DNA from: Deinococcus sp.
GTDB lineage: Bacteria; Deinococcota; Deinococci; Deinococcales; Deinococcaceae
Direction: 5' to 3'
DNA length: 64,000 nt
Assembly (NCBI GenBank): GCA_965261005.1
Contig: OZ253375.1
Coordinates: 2,880,001-2,944,000, forward strand
In this document: in pieces, positions 45,770 to 57,340 of the stretch
Layout: each line of letters starts with the position of its first letter
How positions within the stretch are numbered: position 1 is the first letter of the stretch
Program-made: the position numbers and the translations under genes
The notes under the pieces: model-generated
What the model was told of the DNA's origin: nothing
Database searches by the model: none
Seen by the model: the letters and a program-made list of their open reading frames with translations, nothing else

Positions 45770-46446
45770 GGCAACAAGCTCGTTTGTCTCTTGAGAGTTT
45801 GCATCAGTAGACCTTTGTTCTGCCCAGCTTTCAGTGTGGATAGCAAGGCGGGGGGGGCGGGTAACAGCAGCCCCAGTTGGTCGAAACCAAAATTACAGGT
45901 TTGGCTCGGCGAGTACGGCAAACCTAAGCGCACGGCCACCTTGTCGCCCTGCACAGCATAAAGCGCGAAGTTCGTCAGCCCCTCGCGGTCCAGATTGGTG
46001 CAGCCGGGTTTGCCCTGCCCATAATCGTCCAACAGCTCATCCAATGAGGTCGGATGTTGCCCAACCAACACCTTTTTTACGTAAGGGTCCATCTTCAACG
46101 CCTGAAATACATCTTGTTCTTTGAAGAGGTCCAGTAAGCTCACCGGGCGACCTGTATCTAGGTCAAACGTAGCGAAGGCCAGCAGAACCGCTGGACTGGC
46201 GTAGCAGTTGTTCTCGGTATTGGTGTACACGCTGGTATATGGCGGCGCCACGGCCAGCACCGCGCCCAGCACCTTCGACTGTTCCCCATTCGCGCAACGT
46301 TTCGGCTGAGCGTACAGGGTGATGGCGTGTCCGGCCCGGCTGGTGGTGGCCTGTTGAGGAGTCCACCGGGTGGTCCAGCCGTTGATATGTACGGTGGCGG
46401 CCTGGGCGGTCCCCCATAGCAGCATGACAATGGGCCATACCCTCAC
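45766..46446 (-). CDS. Secreted protein, putative cognate immunity protein
   Basis: Signal peptide (…TAQA); start overlaps the effector stop and stop overlaps the LprI start; 4 Cys. Confidence 0.8.
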   Translation of the reverse strand: MRVWPIVMLLWGTAQAATVHINGWTTRWTPQQATTSRAGHAITLYAQPKRCANGEQSKVLGAVLAVAPPYTSVYTNTENNCYASPAVLLAFATFDLDTGRPVSLLDLFKEQDVFQALKMDPYVKKVLVGQHPTSLDELLDDYGQGKPGCTNLDREGLTNFALYAVQGDKVAVRLGLPYSPSQTCNFGFDQLGLLLPAPPALLSTLKAGQNKGLLMQTLKRQTSLLP

Positions 46447-48905
46447 GGTTTCTCCTCGTGCGGCTCCATCACCGGTATATTTTTCAGTTTCTCGTAGATA
46501 GCGGCGGTGACGCGACCTACTACGGCGGTGTCAAATGGGCCAACGTAGTGGAGCCGGGCGTCGGTGAAGGTGCTGGCGTTCAAGCGTTTGCCCTGTAAGA
46601 AGTCCTCCAAGGAACCGGCCTTGGTATATAGGCCCTGCGACACCCCTTGTACCAGGGCACGCACAGCGATGTCCGGTCGGTTCATGGCGTCAGGGTCGTC
46701 CGTGAAGTTAATGGGGTGCCCCTGGTCGTCCTGAACAGTGCTGGAGAGGCGTTTGGTCCACTCAGCGTAGTGGCTGCGCCCGGTAATTTGTACCAGACCG
46801 CGTCCACGAAAACGGTAGCCGTCGCCGCTGGCCTCGTTGCCGTTTCCGAGTTTGTTGGCGTACACATGGTTACCAAAGCGCTCGGGGTTGCGGGCATAAG
46901 GCTCGGCGGAGGCGACAGTTGGGAACCGGCCCGGAAAGACGAGGTGCGCCCGTTCGGCGGTGTAGTACATCCCCTCGGTCTTAGGATGCAGGCCGGATTC
47001 ATGGCTGGCGTTGGCGAGCATCACGGCGATCTCGGCGGGATTAATGACGCCCTCCCGTACCGCCTCCGCGATAATCTTGGGCACGTAGACCTCCACGTTG
47101 GCTTTGGACGGTGCTTGATTCGCGTCCAGTCGCCGGGTGGCGTCCAGTACCGCCTGTTGCGCCGTCTGCACGAAGACCTGCGATATCACGGGCTGTAATT
47201 GGGGACCGCTGGGTTGCTGAGCTGGCGGGTTCCGTCCGGGCGGCATCGGTACCGGCCCTAATTTTGGCTGTGGTGGCGCTTTGGACGCGGTCTGCGGTTT
47301 TGGAGCGCGGCCGGGAACGGGACGGCCCGCTGCGTCTATCAGGTGCAGCGCACCTTGATAGGCGTGGGGGTGGACACTCTCAGCGCTGGGGGTCCAGGTG
47401 AGCGCGAGCGTCACGCCGTCCGGACTTAAAGTGCCACTGAGCCGGCCGCTCAGATGATCGCCGTCGTATTCGAGCAGGTTCAGTTTGCCTTGGGCGTCGA
47501 TGCTGCCGCTCAAGGTGAGCTGTCCTTTGCCGTAGCTGTACGCGCCGTCGATATTTTGGTTCGTGCGCGACAGGGTTGCCTCAATGGCCTTGCCGGCAAG
47601 GGTGCCGGAGAAGACGCGCGTCCACAGGGGAACGTGCAGCAAGTCGAAGGGTGACGTGGGAGGTGCTACCTGGCGTTGCAGGGCGGTTATAGGAGGGGCA
47701 CTCCGGCCGACCTGTACCGCCGCATCGTCCGTTTTCCAAGCGCCGAGCGTGGTGTCGTGAGAAACGCTTTGTGTAAAGCGTTTGCCCGCGTCCCGCGCCT
47801 CCTGCTCCAGAGCGGGGTCGGGGTCAATGCCCTTGCCCGTCACCTTCCCTTGCGCCTGCTGATAGGTGTGCGTCACCTCGTGGGCCAGCAGCTCTTGCCC
47901 CTCGGCGCTCTCGGTGTCCAGCTTGCCTTGCTGAAAGAAGATGTTCGTCCCGGTAGTGGCGGCGATGGCCTGAACCGACTTGGCGAAGCTATGGGCGGCA
48001 GGGTCGGCGTGGACCCGCACCGTTTGCAAGTGTTCTCTCGGAATGTTCAGCCCCACTTCCAATTGCCGCTGTACCGCGAGAGGCAGGGGTTGACCGCTGC
48101 CCCTCGGGATCGCTTGGGGAGCAAGGGCGTCTTCCTCTGTCAGCTTCCGTTGCAAGGCGTGCAGTTCCAGCGCCTTCTGATCCTGCGCTTGGAATTGCTG
48201 ATGCTCTTGTTCAGCCTCGTCCAGCGCTCTCTGCACCGAAGGCCGCTCACCGGCGGGTAAACGTTGCAGGACGACCTGTGCCACGTGTTTCCCTTGCGGC
48301 TGGCGTTGCACCAGGGCCAAGCTCTGCCCCAGCTCGGCGTAACGCTGGATGGTGGGGGAAGTGTCGCTTCGGAAGCGCTGCGCCAAGTCCTGCGCTGCCC
48401 GCTGCTGAATGGTCGGCCAGGCGGACATGGAGACGAAGCCGCTGTGCTGGTCGGCCTGCCGTTGCAACGACACCGCTTCATGGGCGTAGCGCTGGGCGTG
48501 GTCGGCGTAGGAAGGCTGTGACCTCGTCGGACCGCTGAAGATGGGGGGCAAGGCCGGCACCCCAGCTTGCTCGGCCTGACGTTGTAGCGCGGCTTGCAGG
48601 GCGTCCCTGGGCAGGTCGTGTTCCAGTTCGGCGATCTGACGCTGCAAAGCCAACTGCGATTGCTGACGCTGCAAGACCAAGGTGCGTTGGACCTGAGCCG
48701 CTTCGAGGACTGGGGCGGCGCTTGAACGCTGGGCGACGGCTGGTGTTGCGAAAAACTGCTGGTAACGCTCAAGGGTGCGCTGTTGCAGGTCAAGCTGGAT
48801 GGCGGCCTGATCCGGGACTGGCAGCGGGGGGATGTAGCTGATCTGCGGCGCTGCGGCTGACCTCTGCTGACCTTGCTTGCGCTCCTCGTAATCGGAATCG
48901 GACAT
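46443..48905 (-). CDS. DUF4157 (eCIS-associated HExxH) protein with C-terminal GH19 lysozyme-like domain
   Basis: GQPLP...VRVH.D..A......A.A.T.G..IFF..G...LLAHEVTH..QQ; HESG...YANKLGNG...GDGYRFRGRGLVQITGR; AGGAGG RBS. Confidence 0.9.
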   Translation of the reverse strand: MSDSDYEERKQGQQRSAAAPQISYIPPLPVPDQAAIQLDLQQRTLERYQQFFATPAVAQRSSAAPVLEAAQVQRTLVLQRQQSQLALQRQIAELEHDLPRDALQAALQRQAEQAGVPALPPIFSGPTRSQPSYADHAQRYAHEAVSLQRQADQHSGFVSMSAWPTIQQRAAQDLAQRFRSDTSPTIQRYAELGQSLALVQRQPQGKHVAQVVLQRLPAGERPSVQRALDEAEQEHQQFQAQDQKALELHALQRKLTEEDALAPQAIPRGSGQPLPLAVQRQLEVGLNIPREHLQTVRVHADPAAHSFAKSVQAIAATTGTNIFFQQGKLDTESAEGQELLAHEVTHTYQQAQGKVTGKGIDPDPALEQEARDAGKRFTQSVSHDTTLGAWKTDDAAVQVGRSAPPITALQRQVAPPTSPFDLLHVPLWTRVFSGTLAGKAIEATLSRTNQNIDGAYSYGKGQLTLSGSIDAQGKLNLLEYDGDHLSGRLSGTLSPDGVTLALTWTPSAESVHPHAYQGALHLIDAAGRPVPGRAPKPQTASKAPPQPKLGPVPMPPGRNPPAQQPSGPQLQPVISQVFVQTAQQAVLDATRRLDANQAPSKANVEVYVPKIIAEAVREGVINPAEIAVMLANASHESGLHPKTEGMYYTAERAHLVFPGRFPTVASAEPYARNPERFGNHVYANKLGNGNEASGDGYRFRGRGLVQITGRSHYAEWTKRLSSTVQDDQGHPINFTDDPDAMNRPDIAVRALVQGVSQGLYTKAGSLEDFLQGKRLNASTFTDARLHYVGPFDTAVVGRVTAAIYEKLKNIPVMEPHEEKP

Positions 48906-49247
48906 TCAGACCCTCCTGAGATGCCCTTAGCGTACAAGTTCCGCGCCCGAATGAGGCGCAATTTCTGTCTTTGCCGAATTTGCCTGACCGATCAATCAGG
49001 TTCCGTTTCCTTCTGAAGACGAAGCAAAAAGCGCTTCGGTTCGCCCTACACAATCATCATGGCGGCCAGCGAGCTGCACATAGCCGCCGGGTTCAGCCGC
49101 CCGTCAGGGCCACAGTTCGCCCACCTCCCACAAGTGGCGCCACGAGCTGGCGCGTTTGGCGAGGTTGGCGGCGTGGCCGGACAGCTGTAGGCGCGCCGCC
49201 GGCGACAGCCCTACCCAGCCGACCGCCGAAAAGCGCCCCAAGCTGAT

Positions 49248-49561
49248 CAGCCCGCCCAGGTGAGCTACCTGTCGGCCATCATTCGGCGGGCCTCGGTGCA
49301 GGCGGCCATCGGGGGCGCCTACGCCCTCGCCAACCGCCCGGACTACAGCTCGCTGCTGAACCAGATCAAGGTGCCCACCCTGGTGCTGGTGGGCGAGCAG
49401 GACAGCATCTATCCCGTCGCCGTATCACAGATGCTGCAAAAGGCGATTCCGAACGCCAAGCTCGCCATCATCCCCGGCGCGGCCCACGCCGCCATCTACG
49501 AAAATGCCGACGCCAGCAACCAGGCGATTCTGGACTGGGTCAAGACCTTTCGCTGAATCTG
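49248..49561 (+). repeat. 314-bp copy of the 3' end of the hydrolase gene (inverted relative to 43379-43692); promoterless fragment
   Basis: Identical translation; only one synonymous mismatch seen (GCA/GCG). Confidence 0.95.
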
Positions 49562-49601
49562 GGTGCGGGATGTGAAGAAGGCCGGCAAATGCCGCCCCTC
49601 T

Positions 49602-50297
49602 TCACTGGGTGGGCGTCACCGTCACCCGAATGACGCCGCTCACCTGCGGGTAGACGTAGCCGTCGTTGACCGGCCGCACCACGCCGTTGTCGCTCGGTTG
49701 GCGCGGCTTTTGGTTTGGCCCCACGCCCGGCCGCTCGTTCACCTCGGTGCCGGCGTCGAACAGCACAATTTGGCCGGTCACGTCGCCGGACGCCGGCTGG
49801 CCGTCCGCACCGAAGAGGTTCAGGCCGTCGCCGGAAAAGTCGTAGAACAAGTCGTTGGACTGCACGAACATGGTCGCGAAGGAGAGCCGGTCGCCGGGAA
49901 CGGCGCTCACGTCGAAAGTGTAGGCGTCACCGGGCATCAAGGGACCGGGGGAGGTCGCGCCGACGGGCACGCTTGCCACCCCGCTGAGCGGCGCCTCGCC
50001 CTTCAGTTCGGCGGCCAGCGTGGCCGCGTTGCCGTCTTCGGCCACGCCCTCAAGGCCGCCGCTGGCCTTGGTATTCAGCGTCCAGATCGGATTGGCCCCA
50101 GTGTAGACAGCCCAGACGACGGGCGAGAGCGGAACCGCCACGGCGGTTTGGGGACCGCCCGGGGTGGCCAGGGTGGTCGGCGTCGAGACGTTCTGTACGC
50201 GAACTGTGAAGGTGGTTGCCCGCGGCGCCCCGGTGACGCCGGTGGAGCAGGCGGCGAGCACGGCGCTCAGCGAACCGAGCAGCAACAGCTTGTTCAT
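49602..50297 (-). CDS. Spondin-domain lipoprotein
   Basis: Lipobox LAAC; PLSPVVWAV, GLE.VAEDG, ATMFVQSNDLF, DAGTEVN. Confidence 0.85.
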   Translation of the reverse strand: MNKLLLLGSLSAVLAACSTGVTGAPRATTFTVRVQNVSTPTTLATPGGPQTAVAVPLSPVVWAVYTGANPIWTLNTKASGGLEGVAEDGNAATLAAELKGEAPLSGVASVPVGATSPGPLMPGDAYTFDVSAVPGDRLSFATMFVQSNDLFYDFSGDGLNLFGADGQPASGDVTGQIVLFDAGTEVNERPGVGPNQKPRQPSDNGVVRPVNDGYVYPQVSGVIRVTVTPTQ

Positions 50298-50369
50298 AGC
50301 AGCTCCTTTGGGGCGCTGTATGGCGGGCGCCCTAAGAACAGTACGCCCCGGTACGGGCGCTGGGTTCAG

Positions 50370-52280
50370 CTACCTGTTCCCCGCCGTCAGCCACAATCGG
50401 GCGTAGGGCGGCAGAATCAGGGCGTCGCCCGCGTCAACGTACTCCCCGGTGATCCGGTCGCGCGCCAGCTCCAAGCCGCGGTCCCACAGCGGCCCCGCGT
50501 TCAGGCGCTGCTCGCGCTCGCTGAAATTGTAGACGGCCAGCAGGGTGCCCAGCGGGTGGGGACGCTCCAGCAGCAGGACCTGCGAATTGGGCGACGGTAC
50601 CACCTTGCTCTCGACGGCGGCGTGAAGGTGCGGCGTGCTGACGCGCGCCCGGATCAACCGCGTCAGGCCCGCGAACAGCCGGCCCTCGACGGTGTCCGGC
50701 TGAAAGCGCTGCTCGGCCCGCGCCCAATCCATCAGCGGGCGGTGGACCCAGCGGTTGTCGCCCGCGTGTTCGGGATTCTCGGCGAAATGGTCATCGTTCA
50801 GGGTGGCGATCTCGTCGCCCATGTACAGCAGCGGGACGCCGCCGTAGCCCAGCACGACGGCGTGGCCCAGCAAGAGGCGCGCCAGGCTCAGCTCGATTTC
50901 CTCGGCGTTGTCTTCCCCCAGGGCGCGCTCCAGGCCCGCCAAACTGGCCGCCGAACCGCTGACGCGCCTGTCCCCCGTGCGCGGGTTGAGCTGAAAGACC
51001 AGGCCGCGCGCAAAGGACCCTTCGAACGCCCCGGTATAGAAGTCCGACAAAAAGCGGCGGTGCCCCTCGCCCGAAAAGCCGACCTGGGCCGCGTCCTCGT
51101 CCGAGATGGCCCAGCCGATGTCGTCGTGGCAGCGCAGGTACATGCCCCAAGCGGTGCTGGCCGGCTTGGGCGCAAAGGCCGAGAGGGCCGCCTCCATCAA
51201 ACGCACGTCGCGCGTCGCCAGGCTCGACCAAATTTGGACCATCAGCGCGTTGTGGTAGGCCAGGTCCGAAACCTGGCCGTGGTGCGCCCCGCGCCCCAGG
51301 TAGAACAGCAAGTCTCCCGGCGCCACGATGGCCTCCGCCTTGAACACCACGGCGGGCGCCACGATGCGCGCCACCGCCCTGAGCGCCTGGGTGATGGCGT
51401 GGACCTCGGGCTGGTTTTGGCAGTTGGTTCCCAGCCGCTTCCAGATAAAGGCGATGGCGTCCAGCCGGAAGACCTCCACCCCCTTGCCCGCGAGAAACAG
51501 GATCAGCTCGGCGAACTCCACGAACACGTCGGGGTTGCCCCAATTGAGGTCCCATTGGTAGCGGTTGAAGGTGGTCCAGACCCAGGCCGCACTGTCCGGG
51601 TCCCAAGTGAAGTTGCCGGGGGCGAAGTCGGGAAAGACCTCCGGTAGGGTCTTTTCGTACTGATCGGGCAACGTGCGGTCGGGGAAGAGGTGGAAGTAGT
51701 CGCGGTACTTTTCTTCCCCGGCCCTGGCCTGTTCTGCCCAGTCGTGCTCCATCGCCACGTGGTTCATCACCAGGTCGAGGCACAAGCTGATCCCGCTTTT
51801 CCGCAGCCGGGCTGCGAGGCGCTCCAAGTCGGCCATGCTGCCCAGGTCTGCTCGCACCTCGCGGTAGTCCTGCACCGCGTAGCCGCCGTCGTTTTCCCCC
51901 GCGCGCGGCTGGAGGAGGGGCATCAAATGCAGGTAGCGCACGCCCAACTCTTCGAGGTACGGTACGCGTTCCCGCACCCCATTCAGGTCCCCGGCGAAGC
52001 GCTCGGCGTAGCACGAGTAGCCGATCATCTCGGGCTTTTGGAACCAGTCGGGCGACAACAATCTCGCCTCGTCAAGGCGCTTAAGGTCGCTTGGCCGCTC
52101 GCGGTAAGCGCGCAGCATCACGCCGAGCAGCCGCTCCATCACGGCGGGGGCGTCGGGGTAGACCGCGCTGAGGCCGGTCAGCAGCTGTTCCCCATAGCGG
52201 GCCAGGCGCAGCTCAAAGGTCTGAGCATCGTGGGCGTCCTTCAGCTCGGCGAGAATACGGTCTTGGTCAGTCTCCGACAC
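50370..52280 (-). CDS. Amylosucrase-like GH13 enzyme
   Basis: [54 protein letters not shown]. Confidence 0.92.
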   Translation of the reverse strand: MSETDQDRILAELKDAHDAQTFELRLARYGEQLLTGLSAVYPDAPAVMERLLGVMLRAYRERPSDLKRLDEARLLSPDWFQKPEMIGYSCYAERFAGDLNGVRERVPYLEELGVRYLHLMPLLQPRAGENDGGYAVQDYREVRADLGSMADLERLAARLRKSGISLCLDLVMNHVAMEHDWAEQARAGEEKYRDYFHLFPDRTLPDQYEKTLPEVFPDFAPGNFTWDPDSAAWVWTTFNRYQWDLNWGNPDVFVEFAELILFLAGKGVEVFRLDAIAFIWKRLGTNCQNQPEVHAITQALRAVARIVAPAVVFKAEAIVAPGDLLFYLGRGAHHGQVSDLAYHNALMVQIWSSLATRDVRLMEAALSAFAPKPASTAWGMYLRCHDDIGWAISDEDAAQVGFSGEGHRRFLSDFYTGAFEGSFARGLVFQLNPRTGDRRVSGSAASLAGLERALGEDNAEEIELSLARLLLGHAVVLGYGGVPLLYMGDEIATLNDDHFAENPEHAGDNRWVHRPLMDWARAEQRFQPDTVEGRLFAGLTRLIRARVSTPHLHAAVESKVVPSPNSQVLLLERPHPLGTLLAVYNFSEREQRLNAGPLWDRGLELARDRITGEYVDAGDALILPPYARLWLTAGNR

Positions 52281-52306
52281 GCCTCACATCATACGAAAGG
52301 CCGCCT

Positions 52307-52322
52307 TGCGGGATACGTCACA
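52307..52322. promoter_or_regulatory. Possible CRP-family site between divergent carbohydrate genes
   Basis: TGCGG-GATACG-TCACA, 8/10 match. Confidence 0.3.
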
Positions 52323-52358
52323 CAGTTGGGCCTCGCCCCACGCGTTTAGGCTCCCCTT

Positions 52359-53333
52359 ATGAAAGCCGTCCGAATTCACCAGCCCGGCGACGCCGGGTCC
52401 ATGCAGCTCGAAGATGTGCCCGTTCCGCAGCCCGGCGCGGGCGAGGCGCGCGTCAAGCTGACCTACGCTGGCCTCAACTTCATCGACGTCTACCAACGCT
52501 CGGGACTCTACAAGCTGCCGCTGCCGTTCACCCTCGGGCGCGAGGGGGTGGGCACGCTGGACGCGTTGGGGGCGGGAGAGACGTATGGGCTGGAGGTCGG
52601 CCAGCGGGTCGCCTTTGCCATGCAGGGCGGCAGCTACGCCGAGTACGCGGCCGTGCCCAGTGAGACCTTGGTGCCGCTGCCGGACGGGGTGAGCGACCAG
52701 CAGGCGGCGGGCGTGATGCTCCAGGGCATGACCGCGCACTACCTGGCCCGCAGCACCTCCGCGCTCAAGGAGGGCGACACCTGCCTGATCCACGCGGCGG
52801 CGGGCGGGGTGGGCAGCCTGCTGGTCCAGATCGCCAAGCTGGCGGGCGCGCGGGTGATCGGCACGGCGGGCAGCCGCGAAAAGGCCGACCTGGCGCGGGC
52901 GGACGGGGCGGATGAGGTGATCCTCTACCGCGAAACGGACTTCGAGGAGGGGGTGAGGCGGCTGACCGATAATAAGGGCGTGCAAGTCGTGTACGACTCG
53001 GTCGGCAAGGACACCTTTTTGAAGGGTCTGAACGTGCTCGCGCCGCGCGGCTTGATGGTGCTGTTCGGGGCTTCGAGCGGCCCGGTTGAGCCGCTCGATC
53101 CGCAGGTCCTCAACCACAAGGGGTCCCTCTACCTCACGCGCCCGAGCCTCGCGCACTACACCCTGACCCGCGAGGAGTTGCTGTGGCGTACGGGCGAGCT
53201 GTTCGGCTGGCTGATGAACGGCCAGCTGAAGGCGCGCCTGGACCAGGTGTTTCCCCTGGCGGGGGTCGCGGACGCCCACCGCTACATGGAGGCCGGACGG
53301 ACGAGGGGCAAAGTTCTGCTGAGCATCGCCTGA
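52359..53333 (+). CDS. qor: NADPH:quinone oxidoreductase (zeta-crystallin type)
   Basis: GLNFID.YQRSGLY, HAAAGGVG, VYDSVGKDT, KGSLYLTRPSL. Confidence 0.92.
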   Translation: MKAVRIHQPGDAGSMQLEDVPVPQPGAGEARVKLTYAGLNFIDVYQRSGLYKLPLPFTLGREGVGTLDALGAGETYGLEVGQRVAFAMQGGSYAEYAAVPSETLVPLPDGVSDQQAAGVMLQGMTAHYLARSTSALKEGDTCLIHAAAGGVGSLLVQIAKLAGARVIGTAGSREKADLARADGADEVILYRETDFEEGVRRLTDNKGVQVVYDSVGKDTFLKGLNVLAPRGLMVLFGASSGPVEPLDPQVLNHKGSLYLTRPSLAHYTLTREELLWRTGELFGWLMNGQLKARLDQVFPLAGVADAHRYMEAGRTRGKVLLSIA

Positions 53334-55067
53334 ATGCCGCCCTTCGCGATTGGCGACCTCGCCCTGCTGGGCGACCGCCGCACCGCCGCCCTCGTCACGC
53401 GCGCCGGCAACGTGGTGTGGTACTGCCCCGGCCGCTTCGACGCGCCCGCGCTGCTGGGCGCCTTGTTGGACGAGGAGCAGGGAGGCCTGTGGGCGCTGGA
53501 GTTGAGCGGCGCCGAGTTCGCGTCCCGAACGTATCTGGAGGACAGCGGCGTGCTGGAAACCCGCCTGAACGCTTCCGGCGGCGAGTTGCGCGTCACCGAC
53601 TTCATGCCGTTGGGGCAGGGAACGCCGCCCGCGCTGTGCCGCCTGTTTTCGGGGACGCCGGGGGAGCTGCGCCTGATCCTGACGCCCCGGCCCGACTACG
53701 CCCGCCGTTCGCCCGAGCTGCGCGCCGAGAGAAGTTGTGTTGTGGTGGACGGACGGCACTTCCTGTACGCCTCGCACCCCCTCAAGATCGCCGGCGAGGA
53801 GGTCAGCTTCACGGTGCCGGCGGGGGAGCGCGGCTGGGCCGTGCTGGCGGACGCGCCGCTGCCGGACCCGCAGGAGGCGGACCTGTTGGCTTGGCAGGAG
53901 GCGACCCTGCATGAGTGGCGCAGGGTTGCCCGGCACGCCAGCTACCACGGTCCCTACCAGCGCGAGGTGCGGGCCTCGTTGCGCGCGCTGCGCCTCTTGA
54001 CCTACGGTGAAACCGGGGGCGTGATCGCGGCCCCGACCACCTCGCTGCCGGAAGTTCTGGGCGGGACGAGCAACTGGGACTACCGCTACGTGTGGCTGCG
54101 CGACGCCGGCATGATCGTCAGCGCCCTGACGCGGGCCGGCAGCGACGGCACCGAGGAGCGGCGCTTCTTAAAGTTCATCTGTGGCTGGATGCCGCAACAA
54201 GACGGCTTGTGGCTGCCGCGTGAGGACGGTCTGCCGCTGGCCCCCTGCTCCAGCGTGACCGGGGAGCCGGTGCCCGCCGAGGAGACGCTTCCCCTGGCCG
54301 GCTACCGGGGCAGCGCCCCGGTTCGAATCGGCAACGGCGCCCGCGCCCAGCGCCAACTCGACGCCTACGCCAACGTGCTGCTGGCCGCCAAGGTGATTTA
54401 CGGCCGCTTCGGCACCCGCGAACATTGGTCCGTGGTGGAGCGGGTGGCCGAGTACCTGGCCGCCACTTGGCGCGAGCCGGACTACGGCATCTGGGAGGAG
54501 CGGACGCCGCGCCAGCACGTCAGCGGCAAGGTGATCAGCGCCGTGGCGCTGGAATACATCGCCGAGCACGCGGATCATCAGGAACAGGCGGCGCGCTGGC
54601 GGGCGGCGGCGCGCGACATGCGCGCCTGGGTCTCTCGGTATGGCCTCACCTCGGAAGGTGCCTACGCCGCCGTGGCCGGCGAGGAGGGGGTGGACGTGAC
54701 CGCCGCCCTTTACCCGGTGTGGGGCTACTGCGCCCCCGACACGCCCGAGATGCTGGCGACCATTGCCCTCTTGGAGCGCGACCACTGCGAAAATCACCTC
54801 TACCGGCGCACTCTTCAGGACGCCCAGGGACAGGAGGGCGCCTTTTTGGCCGCCACCTGCTGGGTCGCGCAGTACTGGGTCATGCGCGACGTGGAACGGG
54901 CGCACGCCATTTTGGAGGCGGTCCTGGCCTGCGCGAGCGACCTCGGGTTGCTGCCCGAGGAGGCCGACCCCATGACCGCAAGCGCGCTGGGCAACCTGCC
55001 GCAGTCCTTTGTCCACGCCTCGCTGATCGGCGCCGTGATCGACCTCAAGGCGGCGCTCTCGGGGTAG
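53334..55067 (+). CDS. Glycoside hydrolase family 15 (glucoamylase/trehalase-like)
   Basis: AAPTTSLPE..GG..NWDYRY.W.RD, GIWE.R, LGNLPQ.F.H. Confidence 0.92.
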   Translation: MPPFAIGDLALLGDRRTAALVTRAGNVVWYCPGRFDAPALLGALLDEEQGGLWALELSGAEFASRTYLEDSGVLETRLNASGGELRVTDFMPLGQGTPPALCRLFSGTPGELRLILTPRPDYARRSPELRAERSCVVVDGRHFLYASHPLKIAGEEVSFTVPAGERGWAVLADAPLPDPQEADLLAWQEATLHEWRRVARHASYHGPYQREVRASLRALRLLTYGETGGVIAAPTTSLPEVLGGTSNWDYRYVWLRDAGMIVSALTRAGSDGTEERRFLKFICGWMPQQDGLWLPREDGLPLAPCSSVTGEPVPAEETLPLAGYRGSAPVRIGNGARAQRQLDAYANVLLAAKVIYGRFGTREHWSVVERVAEYLAATWREPDYGIWEERTPRQHVSGKVISAVALEYIAEHADHQEQAARWRAAARDMRAWVSRYGLTSEGAYAAVAGEEGVDVTAALYPVWGYCAPDTPEMLATIALLERDHCENHLYRRTLQDAQGQEGAFLAATCWVAQYWVMRDVERAHAILEAVLACASDLGLLPEEADPMTASALGNLPQSFVHASLIGAVIDLKAALSG

Positions 55068-55088
55068 GCGCTTGCTATCCTGCCCGGT

Positions 55089-56552
<1,464 letters not shown>

Positions 56553-56617
56553 GGGCGCCGTGAAGGCCACCGGATTGACCGAGCGGCGGGCTTTCATCTG
56601 ATAGGTGAAGATGGGGC

Positions 56618-57289
56618 ATGCTGCGCGCCATTGAACGCTGGATCAACCGCAGCGACACGCCCACCACCCGGCTGGGCGCCGCGTCATTGATGGCCGCCCT
56701 GAGCGCCGCTTGGCTGTGGCTGTGGCCGAACAGCTTTCCAATCGAGTTCGGGTTGCTGGTGGTGTGGCTCACGTACAGCCTTACCTTTTTGCTGCTGGCC
56801 TGGCTGGTGATTCTCACCACCGACGCCGCCGAGACCTACGCCAGCGCCACCCGCCAAGACGACGCCCGCTCGCTGGGCCGCTGGCTGCTGATGTTGCCCA
56901 GCGGGGTCAGCTTGGTCGTGACGCTGCTGGCCCTGGTTCGCGCGAACGCCCTCAAGAACACGCCGGCCGAATTTCAGTTGACGGCGGCGGCCATTCTGTC
57001 GGTGGTGACGGCTTGGGGCGTGTTGCACACCGCCTACACCCTGCACTACGCCTATCTCTTTCACCAAGGTGGCGCGGGCGGGGTGCAGTTTGAGGGTTCG
57101 GACAAGCCCGTCTACCTCGACTTCGCCTACCTCGCCTTTACCGTCGGCATGACCTACCAAGTGTCCGACACCGACCTTCAGAACCCCACCTTCCGGCGCG
57201 CCGTGCTGGGCCACGAACTGCTGTCGTACCTCTACGGCACGGCGGTGATCGCGCTGAGCATCAACGTGGTCTCGAATCTGCTGGAGTAA
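56618..57289 (+). CDS. DUF1345 membrane protein
   Basis: YTLHYA.L, P.YLDFAYLAFTVGMTYQVSDT. Confidence 0.9.
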   Translation: MLRAIERWINRSDTPTTRLGAASLMAALSAAWLWLWPNSFPIEFGLLVVWLTYSLTFLLLAWLVILTTDAAETYASATRQDDARSLGRWLLMLPSGVSLVVTLLALVRANALKNTPAEFQLTAAAILSVVTAWGVLHTAYTLHYAYLFHQGGAGGVQFEGSDKPVYLDFAYLAFTVGMTYQVSDTDLQNPTFRRAVLGHELLSYLYGTAVIALSINVVSNLLE

Positions 57290-57292
57290 CAC

Positions 57293-57326
57293 AAAAAAAG
57301 CCCCTCCCCCGCAAGGGGGAGGGGTT
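57293..57326 (-). terminator. Intrinsic terminator after rplY
   Basis: CCCCTCCCCC-GCAA-GGGGGAGGGG with a 7-nt A run on the left. Confidence 0.85.
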
Positions 57327-57340
57327 GGAAGGGGGTTCGT

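Noticed and set aside
46443..47100. Prophage endolysin
   Set aside because: The GH19 domain is fused to DUF4157 and followed by secreted proteins; no holin or virion genes.
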